Notes: generated by a model from the letters alone, not told the origin. 62,883 bases of DNA, filler included, from Kipferlia bialata (GCA_003568945.1; 5 parts of 5 records of this genome joined end to end with filler, not necessarily neighbours in it), one strand, 5' to 3'. Positions 13,842-25,122 are shown, numbered from the whole stretch's first letter. Translations and numbers: made by a program.

Positions 13842-14619
13842 TAATGTATGCAGTTATGCATTAGCACTCACCCCCAGGGTCTATGAGCTGACTCTCAAGA
13901 CTGTTGCCACAGGGTGTAAGCTGGCCAAGGCCACAGTGGTGTGTGAGAAGGCAAATATTCCAGGTATGGTCTTTGTTTACAGTGTACTGATGTGTACAAT
14001 TGCACACGTATTATTCTATGTGCCTCTGGATTCAATAGTAGTGGCCTATAGTGTTCATGTGTATAGTGGTAGAAGTGGTGTGTGAGAAATGTGAAACATT
14101 CTAGTAACACATTCGGATGTATATGAGTTACCTTGGTGGAGTCATGTGTGGATATGTTTCGATTCTTCTGATATCAGGTGTCTCCTCTCTGATAGATTCG
14201 GAACAATTGTATTTGGCATGTATTCTTTCGAATGACATCAGGTGTCTCCTCTCTGAGAAGGGTCAAGCTGGAGCTGTGCATAGAGAGAGACAGGCTAGTG
14301 CTGAACATACTGGGCAGAATGGGGGAGGCCGGTCAGGAGAACAGGCCATTTACCATTAAGGTACCTGCAAACCTATACAACTACATATGTACATTGTTTT
14401 GATAACACATCAATTAGTATTGATATACCATGTTCCAATATGAGAACATTCCACCAAAAGGTACGAACAGACCTGAATACTAATTTTGTCCACAAGGATA
14501 TGTGTAATTTTCCCTGTCATAATTATTCGGTTTTGTGGCTGCAGTATATGAAGGTCAAAGTGTGTTCTCTGTGTGATCTTTGCTCACCCCAGGTCCCAAT
14601 TAGGCACCAGAACAAGTGA
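54..14619 (+). CDS. Large multi-exon hypothetical protein, 5'-partial, about 35-40 exons, predicted mostly alpha-helical
   Basis: Hand-spliced GT-AG exons join in frame. Examples: [21 protein letters not shown] (from about 617), [18 protein letters not shown] (1014), [26 protein letters not shown] (1578-1657), [32 protein letters not shown] (2800-2895), [30 protein letters not shown] (6348), [23 protein letters not shown] (9108), [30 protein letters not shown] (11753), [16 protein letters not shown] (13392), [17 protein letters not shown] (13878) and last exon VPIRHQNK* (14593-14619). No family recognised; not every junction was verified. Confidence 0.7.
908..1013 (+). promoter_or_regulatory. 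Example of the window-wide 3' splice signal: branch point next to the acceptor (YTNAC-N3-5-YAG)
   Basis: CTGACCCTACAG (908-919, an echo) and CTAACCCTCTAG (about 1002-1013). CTCACCCCCAG, CTGACCCCCAG and CTAACTCCCAG recur before most exons on both strands. Confidence 0.8.
2842..3020 (+). repeat. Exon end (2842-2895) and its intronic echo (2967-3020), both encoding [18 protein letters not shown] followed by GT
   Basis: Direct codon-by-codon comparison of the two 54-nt copies. Confidence 0.95.
5446..6385 (+). repeat. Intron with four donor copies (TCACTCTTCATGAGCATAGAGGGGGCTAG|GT) followed by four acceptor copies (AG|RTCWGTSCACTCCATGGACCTCCCTGGCCTCA)
   Basis: Donor GT at 5487, 5594, 5700 and 5797. 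Acceptor AG ending at 6004, 6116, 6246 and 6347. Confidence 0.9.
8789..9130 (+). repeat. Acceptor-side echo array: five copies of CAG|GTCTGCCTKGCTGCCCTGTA
   Basis: Copies at about 8789, 8895, 8982 and 9045; the real exon starts at 9108. Confidence 0.85.
11080..11450 (+). repeat. Donor-side echo array: CCCTTGGCCATCATGTACATGCTGGTGGCAGCYAG|GT, four copies, the last partial
   Basis: Copies at about 11080 (real exon end), 11210, 11345 and 11425. Confidence 0.85.
11629..11727. other. Assembly gap (N run without linker) lying inside an echo array
   Basis: Flanked by two copies of AG|ACAYGTSATTGAGAAGTCCCTCCTGACCAG (about 11567 and 11753). Confidence 0.95.
12860..13436 (+). repeat. Acceptor-side echo array: six copies of CAG|[13 protein letters not shown]
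   Basis: Copies start at 12860, 12966, 13077, 13174, 13295 and 13392 (real exon). Confidence 0.95.
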
Positions 14620-14847
14620 GCCAGAGTCATTAATGCATTTGAAAGAGTTAGATCGCAATAGAAATAGCCTTTGACCACAATTGCTCGTGTTATTACATTA
14701 ACAGTGCAGCCCAGATTTGAAACACAGTGTATAACACTAATGCATCTCTCAACATGAACCCTTTTGTCAATGACGTCATAAGACGATAGATCGGTTTGCT
14801 ACTGTTCACATTCTCTTAACTGTCCTCTTTGCAACAGACACCCCAAT

Positions 14848-16098
14848 ATGGGAAGTGCCGTGTACCGTATGAAAGTCAATGCTATCTTTGACAGAGATAC
14901 AGACCTACTCATGCTGGGATTAGGTGGGCAATGTGATACAATACATAGTACATACGTTACTGTGTTCAAAATCAGTGAACTATACTACGCTTATTAGGTA
15001 GTACTATTTGTATGTTTACTGACACTCAGATAACGCTGGGGTGTCCACCGTGCTCTGCAGAATGGCCACTATATTGGGAGGGGATATTGATTACATACAC
15101 ACAATTGGGTTGAGTGAGGTAGGATATATACATATATACTACTCAATGAGTCATTGGGCCAATGACACCTGTTACAGGTCATGTATGAACTCTCTCTCTC
15201 AGTATATATTCAAAAATATGGGATATTCATCTCATTTTCAAGGTGGAAACTCTAACTTGCCACAAGCTCAGGGTCACTAGCTATGACCCAGATTCGTCAG
15301 ACAGAGTGGCTAGTAGATGGAAGAGGGAGCAGAACTCGAGGTTAGTGCAACAACAATTTCCTATAAAAGAGATGCAAATTCATTTGGCTCTCCCACACTT
15401 TTGAGACGGTTAAGTGGCTGGATTAGTGTACATTTATGGTCTATTATGCTATATATGTACTCCGCAGACAATTCGTTGTCAAATACGGTCTGGATGTGTT
15501 TCTTTCAGATACTGACCTCAGGGATAAGTCAGCCCTGATCTTTGTTGTCGATAGTTCTGACTACGAGAATGGCTGGATAGAGAGGGCGAGAGGAATACTA
15601 TTACAGTACATGAGTGAGCCAGCATTCAAAGGGAGTCCATTGCTGGTACTAGCCAACAAACAGGTGGGGAGCGGTAGATCAAGCGCATATTTCTATTCCC
15701 CAGTGATTGTATGTAATTGGACCAAGTATCATTGTATATAGGATTGATCCGGTTGCAAAACCTTACATACTAGGATATCCCAGGTGCCATGACAGTTGCG
15801 CATGTTACAGAGCACCTATGCCTCAGAGACATAGAGGCAGACTGGCACGTGGCATCAACAGTTGCTAATGCCGCAAACATCAGAAACACAGGTAAGGCAT
15901 AACTATTCTCTGTAACAATAGTGTTAGGTTTGAGCTTGAACATCGTTCTATTGCCGTCAGTGGTGGCATCAGTGTTTGAAGACTATCAGTAGCCATGCCT
16001 TCGGTGTTAGAACGATGTATATCATCCAGTTGTATGTTACTGACACAGGCATACACGAGGGCCTGAAGTGGCTGGGAACACATTTGCGCCAGAGTTGA
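14848..16098 (+). CDS. Arf/Arl-family small GTPase, divergent, six exons
   Basis: Exons 14848-14923, 15030-15118, 15243-15340, 15522-15663, 15774-15891, 16049-16098. Protein: MGSAVYRMKV...LLMLGLDNAGVSTVL...TIGLSEVETL...ALIFVVDSSD...PLLVLANKQDIPGAM...GIHEGLKWL. Has Gly2, the NKQD G4 motif and an Arf-type C-terminus. Confidence 0.9.
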
Positions 16099-16686
16099 GC
16101 TACACTTCTAGTACTCTGAAACTAAAGTGATACCTCGTTGTCACTATGAGAGATGACTTGTGGTACTAGGAATATGACTCCTCAAATCGAAATAATAGGT
16201 TCAAAACATGCCTAGTCGCCACTCTCCCACTAAGGGAACGGTATCAGTGTCCTATGAAATACTAGTACTAAATGAACTTCATTAAATGAAGGGTGGAGTT
16301 CAAGAGTCAAATAGTGTAAGTTGAACCTTGTATCATCAGAGAAGTTGTAGAAAGCGAATACTGTGTTCACCCCCAAAGAAGGAAGCATCTTCGTCATCAA
16401 AAATTAGCACGTGGGAAGCCTCAATGTTACATGGAGTCAATGTAGTGCCAGTCAGGTAAAGGAGAACGGTGTGGTTGCATCTGGTACCGTTGGTGCTAAG
16501 ATTTTTCTGCATAGAAGTAAATTCTCTTGGAATACTCTATATATGCCTGTGATAGGAATATTAAACACCATCCTGATAGACTGATGTCACTCGGAAACCA
16601 CAGTACCAGTTTGGGGCAGATATATACATATACTATACATATCTACGAATGTCAAAAATCTAAAATCAAATGAATTGTTTGCGGCC

Positions 16687-16722
16687 ATGGACTAAGTCCA
16701 TTGGACTAAGTCCATTGGACTT
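16687..16722. repeat. Tandem self-complementary 14-bp repeat (TGGACTAAGTCCAT, about 2.5 copies)
   Basis: ATGGACTAAGTCCATTGGACTAAGTCCATTGGACTT read directly; TGGACT-A-AGTCCA is an inverted repeat. Confidence 0.85.
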
Positions 16723-16904
16723 AGGTTCAAGTGTATGAATAGAGAGCTGACTCATAGTCAGACGCAAGTTGCGTCACGCATCACCTCTCCAACCTATGTC
16801 CTTGCTGCAATATCCGCTATTGACTCCCACTCAGGCATGGTAAAACCGGGAAGTGGTTCCCGATTTAGGCTCATCCTCCCCGATAAAGTTGCTGAGTTCG
16901 TTCC

Positions 16905-17146
16905 CGGTTTTGTGGGGATTCGAACTCGGGCGCCGCCAGTGGGAATCAGAAGGGGCGAAACAACACCACTACTGACAGCAGATACAGTGAATCTCTCTGG
17001 TCTCGGTCACGTACAGACACTACTACCGCGATACCCCTTACTTCAACCACATCTAGCAAAGTATTCTTTCACAAAGTACTACTAGTGGGAATCGAACCCG
17101 GGTCCAAATAGTATCAGGAGGCGTGGTTTACCAAGTATTCCCATAC
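16905..17146 (-). pseudogene. Two tRNA-like relics (pseudo-tRNA or tRNA-derived SINE heads)
   Basis: Minus-strand B-box/T-arm motifs GAGTTCGAATCCC (16915-16927) and CCCGGGTTCGATTCCC (17087-17102), with an A-box-like TACTTGGTA at 17129-17137. I could not form an acceptor stem. Confidence 0.35.
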
Positions 17147-17195
17147 AAATTCCCGATTCTCCTCTAAAATCCCGAATTCATTGTCGCCCACCTTC

Positions 17196-17295
17196 NNNNN
17201 NNNNNNNNNNNNNNNNNNNNNNNNNNNNNNNNNNNNNNNTTAATTAATTAANNNNNNNNNNNNNNNNNNNNNNNNNNNNNNNNNNNNNNNNNNNN
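17196..17295. other. Artificial contig/scaffold spacer (N44-TTAATTAATTAA-N44)
   Basis: Six-frame-stop linker at 17240-17251. Confidence 0.97.
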
Positions 17296-17555
17296 CTGAG
17301 CTGGAGACGTAGAGCCGCCATTGGGGCTCTCATGTATGCCTGGGGGAGTGACAATAGAGTCAGCTCCTGGTTGAGGCTGTAGGGAGCAAAAGGGTGCAGT
17401 GTTTTTGCAGGTGTTCATGACCTGGTCGTTTAACACTCCATCGAGCCCATCCCTTCCTCTATTGAAATAGTACCATCACTATCACCTGGCTCATCAACAT
17501 AACATGCAGCTGGAGACTTCTTTGAGTTCTTTCCAATGAGAACAATCACTTTGGC

Positions 17556-18506
17556 TTACATCTCATCCTCGTAGTTCATTGCCCACTCGCTTATGTCGAC
17601 GATGTAGGTAGCCTTGTCGTCGTGCATCAACACCATACTCGAGTCAATGCCTACCCACCCCTGTGTAGGCATATCTGTGACCTCCACCATCACCTGCACC
17701 CACCTATCACGAAGACGGTCATACAGCCAGAGGGTGTCTTGGTTGTAACGTCTGGTGTCATCACACTTGAGGCCAAGCCCATACTGCCCCACTGTTACGT
17801 ACTTTTTCATATAGGGCCCAGCGAGGTGTGTGCACCGAAGACTGGGCTCGATTCTGACTCTGGCCTCCGGGGTCATCAGATCTAGGGAGACATCCCCTTG
17901 CCCAATCTGGTTGAACCCACCCTGCCTGATAGAGCTCATGTCTACACCTGGCAGGGTACGAGAGGCACAGTGCCACTTGAAGCTGTCCTCGACATCACAC
18001 ATCCACAGGGAGTTGGCGTGTGGTACCCGCTGTACGCAGCATATACATCCATTCATCACAAAGGGGTGAACTGCACTCTGTCCCCAACACGTCGGGCCTC
18101 CATCCCCCACTGGGTGCTCCTCCCATTGCAGCGTTGAGAGGTTCAGGGTGAGCACAGATAGGCATCTGGGATCCCCGTCAATGGATAGGAAGTGCAGACA
18201 CCCAGCAAGGAACACATGCTCTGATTCTCTGACCCTGTCGGGTATCTCCAGGGCAATGCTCTCCCACTGGTGCTCCACCTCATCAGTCCTCTCATTCACA
18301 ACCCGGCGCCACACGCCACAGGCCAGACTCTTCCTGATGTCTGGCTTCTTGTACTGTGTACGGCTGTCAGACTCCTCAGAAGTGAGCCAACTCATAATCC
18401 TCTGCATTTTAAGGGCCTTTTCCTCTTCAGTCTGGTCCTGCTTGTAGTCGTAGCAGAAGGACTGGTCTAAGACATGAGTAGAACAAGAGCAAGAGAGAGG
18501 ACTCAT
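17556..18506 (-). CDS. Divergent kelch-like beta-propeller protein, long terminal exon, 5' end unresolved
   Basis: 316-aa ORF with blade-like segments such as VLTLNLSTLQWEE, LWMCDVEDSFKW and LWLYDRLRDRWVQV. Confidence 0.65.
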   Translation of the reverse strand: MSPLSCSCSTHVLDQSFCYDYKQDQTEEEKALKMQRIMSWLTSEESDSRTQYKKPDIRKSLACGVWRRVVNERTDEVEHQWESIALEIPDRVRESEHVFLAGCLHFLSIDGDPRCLSVLTLNLSTLQWEEHPVGDGGPTCWGQSAVHPFVMNGCICCVQRVPHANSLWMCDVEDSFKWHCASRTLPGVDMSSIRQGGFNQIGQGDVSLDLMTPEARVRIEPSLRCTHLAGPYMKKYVTVGQYGLGLKCDDTRRYNQDTLWLYDRLRDRWVQVMVEVTDMPTQGWVGIDSSMVLMHDDKATYIVDISEWAMNYEDEM

Positions 18507-18696
18507 TTCTTGCAGTACCCACCTCGTTGTGTGATATGTGTATCATGTGCTTCCAGGTACCCTTTAGGTGGACATCGACAGATATCCCTAACATTAGATG
18601 AAAGTGAATATAATGTGTAATACAGAGAAGTGTACAATGTATATCAACCTGGGATGGAAAAGTGTATCTCATGCGGTATGAAGGCTACGCCGCCGG

Positions 18697-21600
18697 CTAC
18701 ACCTCTCGAGTAACGCAATCATCCCTGTTCCCATAGTATCCTTTCTTGGGTTTCTGTGATGTGTGCTGGTTGACACCTGGCTTAAACAGGCACCTGATCC
18801 CTGCCTCAAGCACTTCTCTCAGTACTGTCGGAGTGGTGGCGTGGTGCTTGATGGGAGAGTCACCGACAGCACGGCCAATAGGTACAGAGTTGACAACTCT
18901 GAGAAGGTGATCCATTTTGTCTCCAGGGTTGCGTCTACCGTCTAGGAGGTCAACGTGGGAGAGGTCGAGAACTGAGGTCTGATAGCATGTCTCTCTCTCT
19001 AGTTGACGTCTGCAGAGTGCCTTCCAGAGTGGAAGATAGATGGGAGCCCTGGTTGCAGCAGTGAGAATCACAGAGAGACACTCGACCTGACTGGCGGTGC
19101 CGCAGCACATCTCTGGTTGGTCAGGGTATACCTCACTGGTCACCTGGGACAGGACGTTGATAGCAGAAACTGTGCAGAGTGGTCCCATCTTGAGGCCAGC
19201 CGTGAGACCTACCACCTCGGACAGCCACCCATGGGCGAGAGGGGAAGAGGGGTGGGATGTCATTGTGGTATGAGACCCTTCCATACATGCCAGCAGGAAT
19301 GCTGCAACTACTGTCTCCTCATTGACTCCTGCATCATCCTCACCCATGGATGAGCACAAAGAGTGATCAGCGGCGTTGCATGGCTCCCCCAGACCCAGCA
19401 TGCCACCCAATCTCTCCAGTCCGGTCATTGCCTGGACTATCACAAGAGCATCTTCTTGGTACTGATGTCCCACAAGAAGCTTACAGGTTCGGTATGCAAT
19501 CACTGCCGGGTGGACGTGGAGCTGTTGAGCTGTCTGGGGTAGGTACTGGAGCATTTCAAGCAGTAGAGAGGGAGAAAGGAGGGCCTTGAAGGAGTTGTTG
19601 TTGCTTGACTCCACATATATGGTGCCGACGTCCCAAAGGGCAGCAGAGAACGGCCCGTGCTTAACCCACGAACACTGGTCATCTGCATCAGATGACTCAT
19701 CGGATAGCTTATCATTGCTGTGCATGTTCCACGGCACCCACCCTTCACTCACTAAGCCACAAAGACGTGTGTCGTAAGCGAATGTCCCGCTGTGATGGTA
19801 AGGATCAGACACGAATGCCACCACGTATGGTCCAATTGAGACCAAACCGCAATGGTAGGGTGAAAATGGAAGTGGAGGGTGAAGTGTCCAGCAACCACTG
19901 GCACTGAGAGAGAGGTGTACCTTCTTTACGAGTACATGCAGTATGTTCCCATAAAGGACACCTCTAGCACCGATAAGGGGTACTGGGGAGTCTGGGAGCT
20001 GACCCCAGTACCTACCGTCTGGCATGAAGACACCTACATCATGAGAGAGTGTGCGACCCTTGTATGGATAGTCGAGAGACCCTCCTGCCACAATAAGGCC
20101 GCCACCCTGACCAGCGAGTAGCATGCAGTCACGAGACAGTAGTGTTCTTCCCTCCTCCTCAAGCACATCAAGCCCCTCACAGAGTAAAGCCGGCACAGAG
20201 ACGCGACATAAGGCCATGTCCTTTGGTTTCCAGGTACTGCCTTCGGGATGCACTTGGCATATGATATCCTGGCCAACAGCTCGACCCTCAAGCAGGTGTT
20301 GTGTGCTCATTAGATGAATGGGGAAGGCAGAGTCCGCACCACTCTCTGCCATATCCAATGCCGCAACAGTGGTCCCACGGTCTGAGTTACAGCTCTCCGA
20401 GTGGACTCGTAGGATGCACCCAGGGGCAACAGGGATCAGCGCCCCTTGTGAGACTTCAGAGAGGTCACTGCCACTCTCTACAGTGCAACGGGACTTGTAT
20501 GCGAGAGCAACGTGGAGGCGAGGGACCTCACGTTGGTGCCGCTGGGTTACACTAGCCCTCGTGTCAGTAGCTGTGTGTGTTTCCGTGGCTGCAGCGGTCA
20601 GGTAACGCTGGATACCGACAAGTGTCATCCAGGGACCCTCGGTGATGGGAATGACTCTCCCAACTCCGGGCATCAGCCGGTGCAGAGCATTGAGGACACA
20701 TACTCCCGTCTCTGGGGACGTACCAAAACCATGTGACTCAAGAAGGACACAGAGGGATGGTAGGTCGAACACAGTGGGCATATCTCCAGCAGGAAGTCGC
20801 TGCATATACATGCCTCTCAAAAGCACCGCCGATGAGGCGTGTAGGATGCTAGACACCATGAAGGCGTTGAGAAGCACAGGTTGGGGTCTTGAAAACGCAT
20901 CACCCATTGCGGGTAGTGGAGCCAGGAGACCCGCTAGCAGCGAGCTCACACACTGCAGAGGCGACGAAAGGATGTTGTAAGGAGTGAGGATCTTGCTTTC
21001 AAGCACATGTCGGTAGAGCTGGTGGCACACCCTAGCAGAAGGGTCAGAGGAGCACAGATCCTTCACACTGGGCAGGCTGTCAGGGTACCCATAAGACGAG
21101 GAGCCAAAGGCAGTTCTGTGCCAGTGATCCCACTCGCACCGTGCAAAGAGAGACACGTAGAGAGACACCTCATGTCCTCTAGCAGCAGAAGCACAGAGGG
21201 CAGGGAGGGAGGCAGAGACTGTGTCCCATAGGTGGCTATTTGCCTCTCCACTTGACACAGAGGCCGCCTCACGGGTGGCTCTTAGTACAGCAAGGGTGAG
21301 ACATGTGCGTGATAGGCTGTCGTCAGGGTCCAGCTTGGACTTGATTGAGCGCTGAACCATGCGAACAGCCTCCATTCCTCCTCTCTCCCTGGCAGCATCT
21401 ATGACTGCAAATAGGCCTACCCCACAGTCACAGCACGCCGCCCCCACCACCCTGTCGCTTGTTGGCTTCAGAAACTCCAACTTGAGAGGAATGTCCACCA
21501 GGTAGGCCTCACTCTTCTGGAACACCAGCAGTTGGCAGGGGGAGAGAAGGCACGCAGACGCCTTCCTGATGGGTACTATGCTCCCATCAGGGGTCACCAG

Positions 21601-22958
21601 TGACCACTCCTGGCTGCTGACCTTCTGCTTCTTGCCCTTGGTAAGGAGGTGTCCTACTGTCCCCCTCTGTGGCAGTACCAGCAGTGACGAGGGAGACATC
21701 GGGATGGCGTGGTGCCCACCCTCTGGACAGACCTCACAGGCGGACTCCCTCCTTTTCCAGGGACTCCACCTCCCACTAGCCTGGGGCAGCATAGAGCCAC
21801 CTCTCCTGGCCCTAGAGGTGACATATCTGCACACACCCTCTCCCGCCCAAGCCAGGAGATCGATAGACTCTGTTGTGGTGGTGGCTGTGTAGTCGATCCC
21901 AATGAGGTTGGCAGACACCTTGGGTTCTGCTGCTGGAAGACGGAGCTCCTCGAACTCCTCATCGTGCTCGACCTCAAACCAGCTGGCCTTCTCTTCACTC
22001 TCTTCCCTTACCCCTCCAAAGTCACCAGTCCCCTTGGGCAAGGACAGCACCAACAGAGAGACATTGCTACCACTGTGGGTCTCTGAGGAGGTTCCAACGA
22101 CATAATAGCCGCCGTCCCCATCATCAGAGACCTCCTGGTACTCGTCGGTGCGGTCATATCTGCCACCGGCGATAACAACCCTCCTCCTTCCATCTACATC
22201 TGGTGGAACGAGAACACCTGTGTGGCCCGTCAATGCGTAGGTTGAACTGGCAGGCAGTGGCTGCCAAGTGTATCTGGGGGTGAGTGCGATAGGTGAGGGA
22301 CTCCAAAGAGCAGAATACGGTTACTGAATATAGACGTAGAAAGGGAAGACAGTTACGCGTGGCGACCGAGAGTGGGGGGAGGGGTACCAGCGATCAACAT
22401 ATAGAGGACATCATTTTCACCTCTCTGTGTCAAACAGATATGCCCCGTTCTGTATGCAGCTGCTGTACTCCGCTAGAGGTGAGTGGACGAAGAGGATGGT
22501 GGAGGAATATGTCATGTGGGATGATGCATGTATGAGGCCAATTCCAATACCCACCACATGTCTTCCCACCGTGCACCAACACCTGGTTCCCTACTCTCAT
22601 GACCAACATGTCCTTGGAAGTGAGAGGTGAACATATATATCATCTATTAATCATCTATAAATGACTGGTATGGGAAGTCCACAGTCAGTACCTGTAGACC
22701 CTTCTGCCGGAGGAATGGGGCAAAGAACTCTTGGCGAGACAGTCTCTTCCCTGCAGGTGAGCTATCTGCGGAGCCCACACTGCCACTTATGGGATCGCAG
22801 GATGTCTCTACAGTGTACACATAGCAGTGAGTGAAGGACTCAGAGTCCTGTTGCAGTGTAAACACACGCCCTCCACCAATGTTCACACATGCGGTGGTGA
22901 GGCTTGAGGAAGAGCGCTGATTACATGTGGCCAATGGCACTGTACGTAAAGCAGGCAT
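18697..22958 (-). CDS. Large kelch-repeat protein (about 1300 aa) with two propeller regions and helical linkers
   Basis: ATG at 22958. Small exons DMLVMRVGNQVLVHGGKTC and EYSSCIQNGAYLFDTE splice into a 3.6-kb exon starting at 22273 (YTWQPLPASSTYALTGHTGVLV...VVIAGG). A second kelch region reads LIVAGGSLD...YWGQLPDSPVPLIGARGVLYGNILHV. Confidence 0.8.
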
Positions 22959-23291
22959 GGTATTCGATAGGATGCCCTTGGATAAGGAGGGAGGGAAAAG
23001 GAGAATACTATGTATATATAGACGGCCAGTACGTTATCGTCTTTCGCCGTCACCACACACCTCCACGTAGTTAAAGAATATGTCTTTCTGGGCCTTCCTT
23101 CTGTCTTACGATGGCCAGGGGTAGTGATAAGATACCTGATACCCCGTGTGCTAAGGTACGCCATCTCCTACGCTGTAGACGAACTGCCACACTATACCAG
23201 ACTCAAGTGTAACATAAGCAGGTTTCTTTCTTTCCATATCACCCTACATACACCGACGGTGTAACACCGTACTACGGTGACCGTAGTAGCC

Positions 23292-23567
23292 ATGATTTAC
23301 GGAGAGTGCAAAGTAGCAGGTCGGAACATCTCTCGATGTTACTTGTGACCAGCTGAATATCCAGTCAGGAGCCTTTGGAAGCTGATTTTGGAGCAATGTC
23401 GGCTATGTGAGCTCAACCAGGGAATGATCCAGTCTCAGATACTATCTGGTGTGATGCGTGAGTGCCCTCAGTGTGGGATACTCACAGAGAAGACGACAGG
23501 GTGTGACCACATGCACTGTCCAATGTGTGGGTGTGACTGGTGCTGGAGAACTGGACAAAGTAGGTAG
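23292..23567 (+). CDS. Small protein made of an RBR-type RING2 (Rcat) zinc finger
   Basis: 23424-23567 translates as MIQSQILSGVMRECPQCGILTEKTTGCDHMHCPMCGCDWCWRTGQSR*, matching CPxCxxxxEKxxGCxHMxCxxCxxxxCW. It may extend 5' to ATG 23292 through a 33-nt GT-AG intron. Absent from the ORF track because it is under 60 aa. Confidence 0.7.
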
Positions 23568-23704
23568 TAAAGATACCATTGTCGTTTCCATTACTTTTAG
23601 GGGTCAATGTTCATGATGAAGTTCTTCAGAAGAACAAACAAGTATTAAGTGGCATAGATTTTGTTAGAAGAGACTCATCTATACTCTCTTTGTGTATGAT
23701 TCTC

Positions 23705-25059
23705 CTACTGAACCATCTGCAGTGCCGCTGCGACAGCAGGGAAGCATGTGTACTCCAGTAACGCCTCCCTGATACGCTCCCTCTTCTGCTGGCTGTGCCT
23801 CTGGTAGCAGAGCCTCTGCTGCAGAGAGGCCAGGGTGGTGTGAGTGGCCCTGTCCATAGTACGCCTGTACACAGCTGGGTAGGCACGGGTGTTGTGGTTG
23901 CCCTTCCACTTGCGGCCTCCCTTACCTGCCTCCAGTCTCTCTAGAGCGGATAGAGTGTCACTCACATCCGCCTCAGACACTGTAGGTACTGCGGCTAGCT
24001 CACCTAGTAGAGTGAGAGCCACCTGCTGCCGTGGTGCTAGGGTAGCGAGCAAGGCAAGGAGAGATTCTCCCTTCTGCATCAGCTGCCTAGTACCCTCTGT
24101 GTCAATGTCACCAACATCAGCAAGTGCAGTAGTGCAGGAGTGGATGGAGTCCTGGTGCTCGATCAGTGTGTCACCCAGAGTGAAGAGGGTGCGCACTTCG
24201 TCATTGAACCTCTCACCCCTGTAATAGAGTCTCATCTCTGCTAGAGAGAGGTTGGTTGTGTCTAGCGGGAGTGGGATGGGGCGGATGCTGTCTAGCTCGG
24301 AGAGGATGCCTGACACTGTCTGTACATATGTGACACTGAGAGTGGCGTCAAAGTCAAGGCTGCTAAGTGCCTGTCTGGCACTGCTGAGAGGGTTGTAGAT
24401 ACCAGCCAGAGTCTGTAGGAGGCCAGTGCAGTCACATGTCACAATCTGTGGGTAAGGCTGAGTATGAGATACATAAATTATGTATCATACATAATGGATG
24501 TTGAGTCAGTGAACGCAGTCAACAGAAAGGTTACTACATATGGTACAATGAAAGACACAAACTTGTATTATCTCTACACAGATATCATATCTGAGATATG
24601 TGATATACATACTCTCACCTGGGTCTCTGTGTAGTACACAGACTGTTTGCTGATATACAATATAGTATATACTATGTATTACTGTACACGACGTCTATCT
24701 ACGTGTTTATTACCATCACTTACCTGGGTCTCTGAGTACTTCTGGGTGAATCCCTGGAGTGCCGTGACTCCTCTTGTGACCTGGCTGGCCAGAGGTAGGT
24801 AGGTGGACAGGTTGGCAAGGTGTACAGGAAGCATGGACGTATCCACAGTCTTGACCTGGTCTAGAAGGGCCTGGGCAGATCCCACAGTCTCTGTCGGCAC
24901 CGGCTTGATGAATGTGGCCTCGGTCCCACCCTCTGAAGGACAGAGTGCCTCTCTTCCCAGTAGGGTAAGGGGGTGTCTCTGGGGGAGGTGGAGGCGGGCA
25001 TCCCTCCAGCCCACTGGAATCTGTGTCTGCTCCAACGACTCGGGCGTGTCGCACTCCAT
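23705..25059 (-). CDS. Hypothetical helical/coiled-coil protein, two main exons
   Basis: Exon MECDTPES...FTQKYSETQ|GTAAG splices in phase 0 to CAG|IVTCDCTGLLQTLAG...LQMVQ*. Confidence 0.6.
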
Positions 25060-25122
25060 TCACAGGTATGTGCCTTTAAAAAGTAGGGTGTGTGCCTCAG
25101 GAACACGGTTGCCTTGGTGGCC

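Noticed and set aside
16905..17146. Functional tRNA genes
   Set aside because: B-box motifs are present, but I could not build an acceptor stem or full cloverleaf; kept only as low-confidence relics.
17240..17251. Palindromic TTAATTAATTAA occurring four times
   Set aside because: Always centred in N runs of fixed length; an artificial six-frame-stop linker. Gene adjacency across these spacers is not guaranteed.
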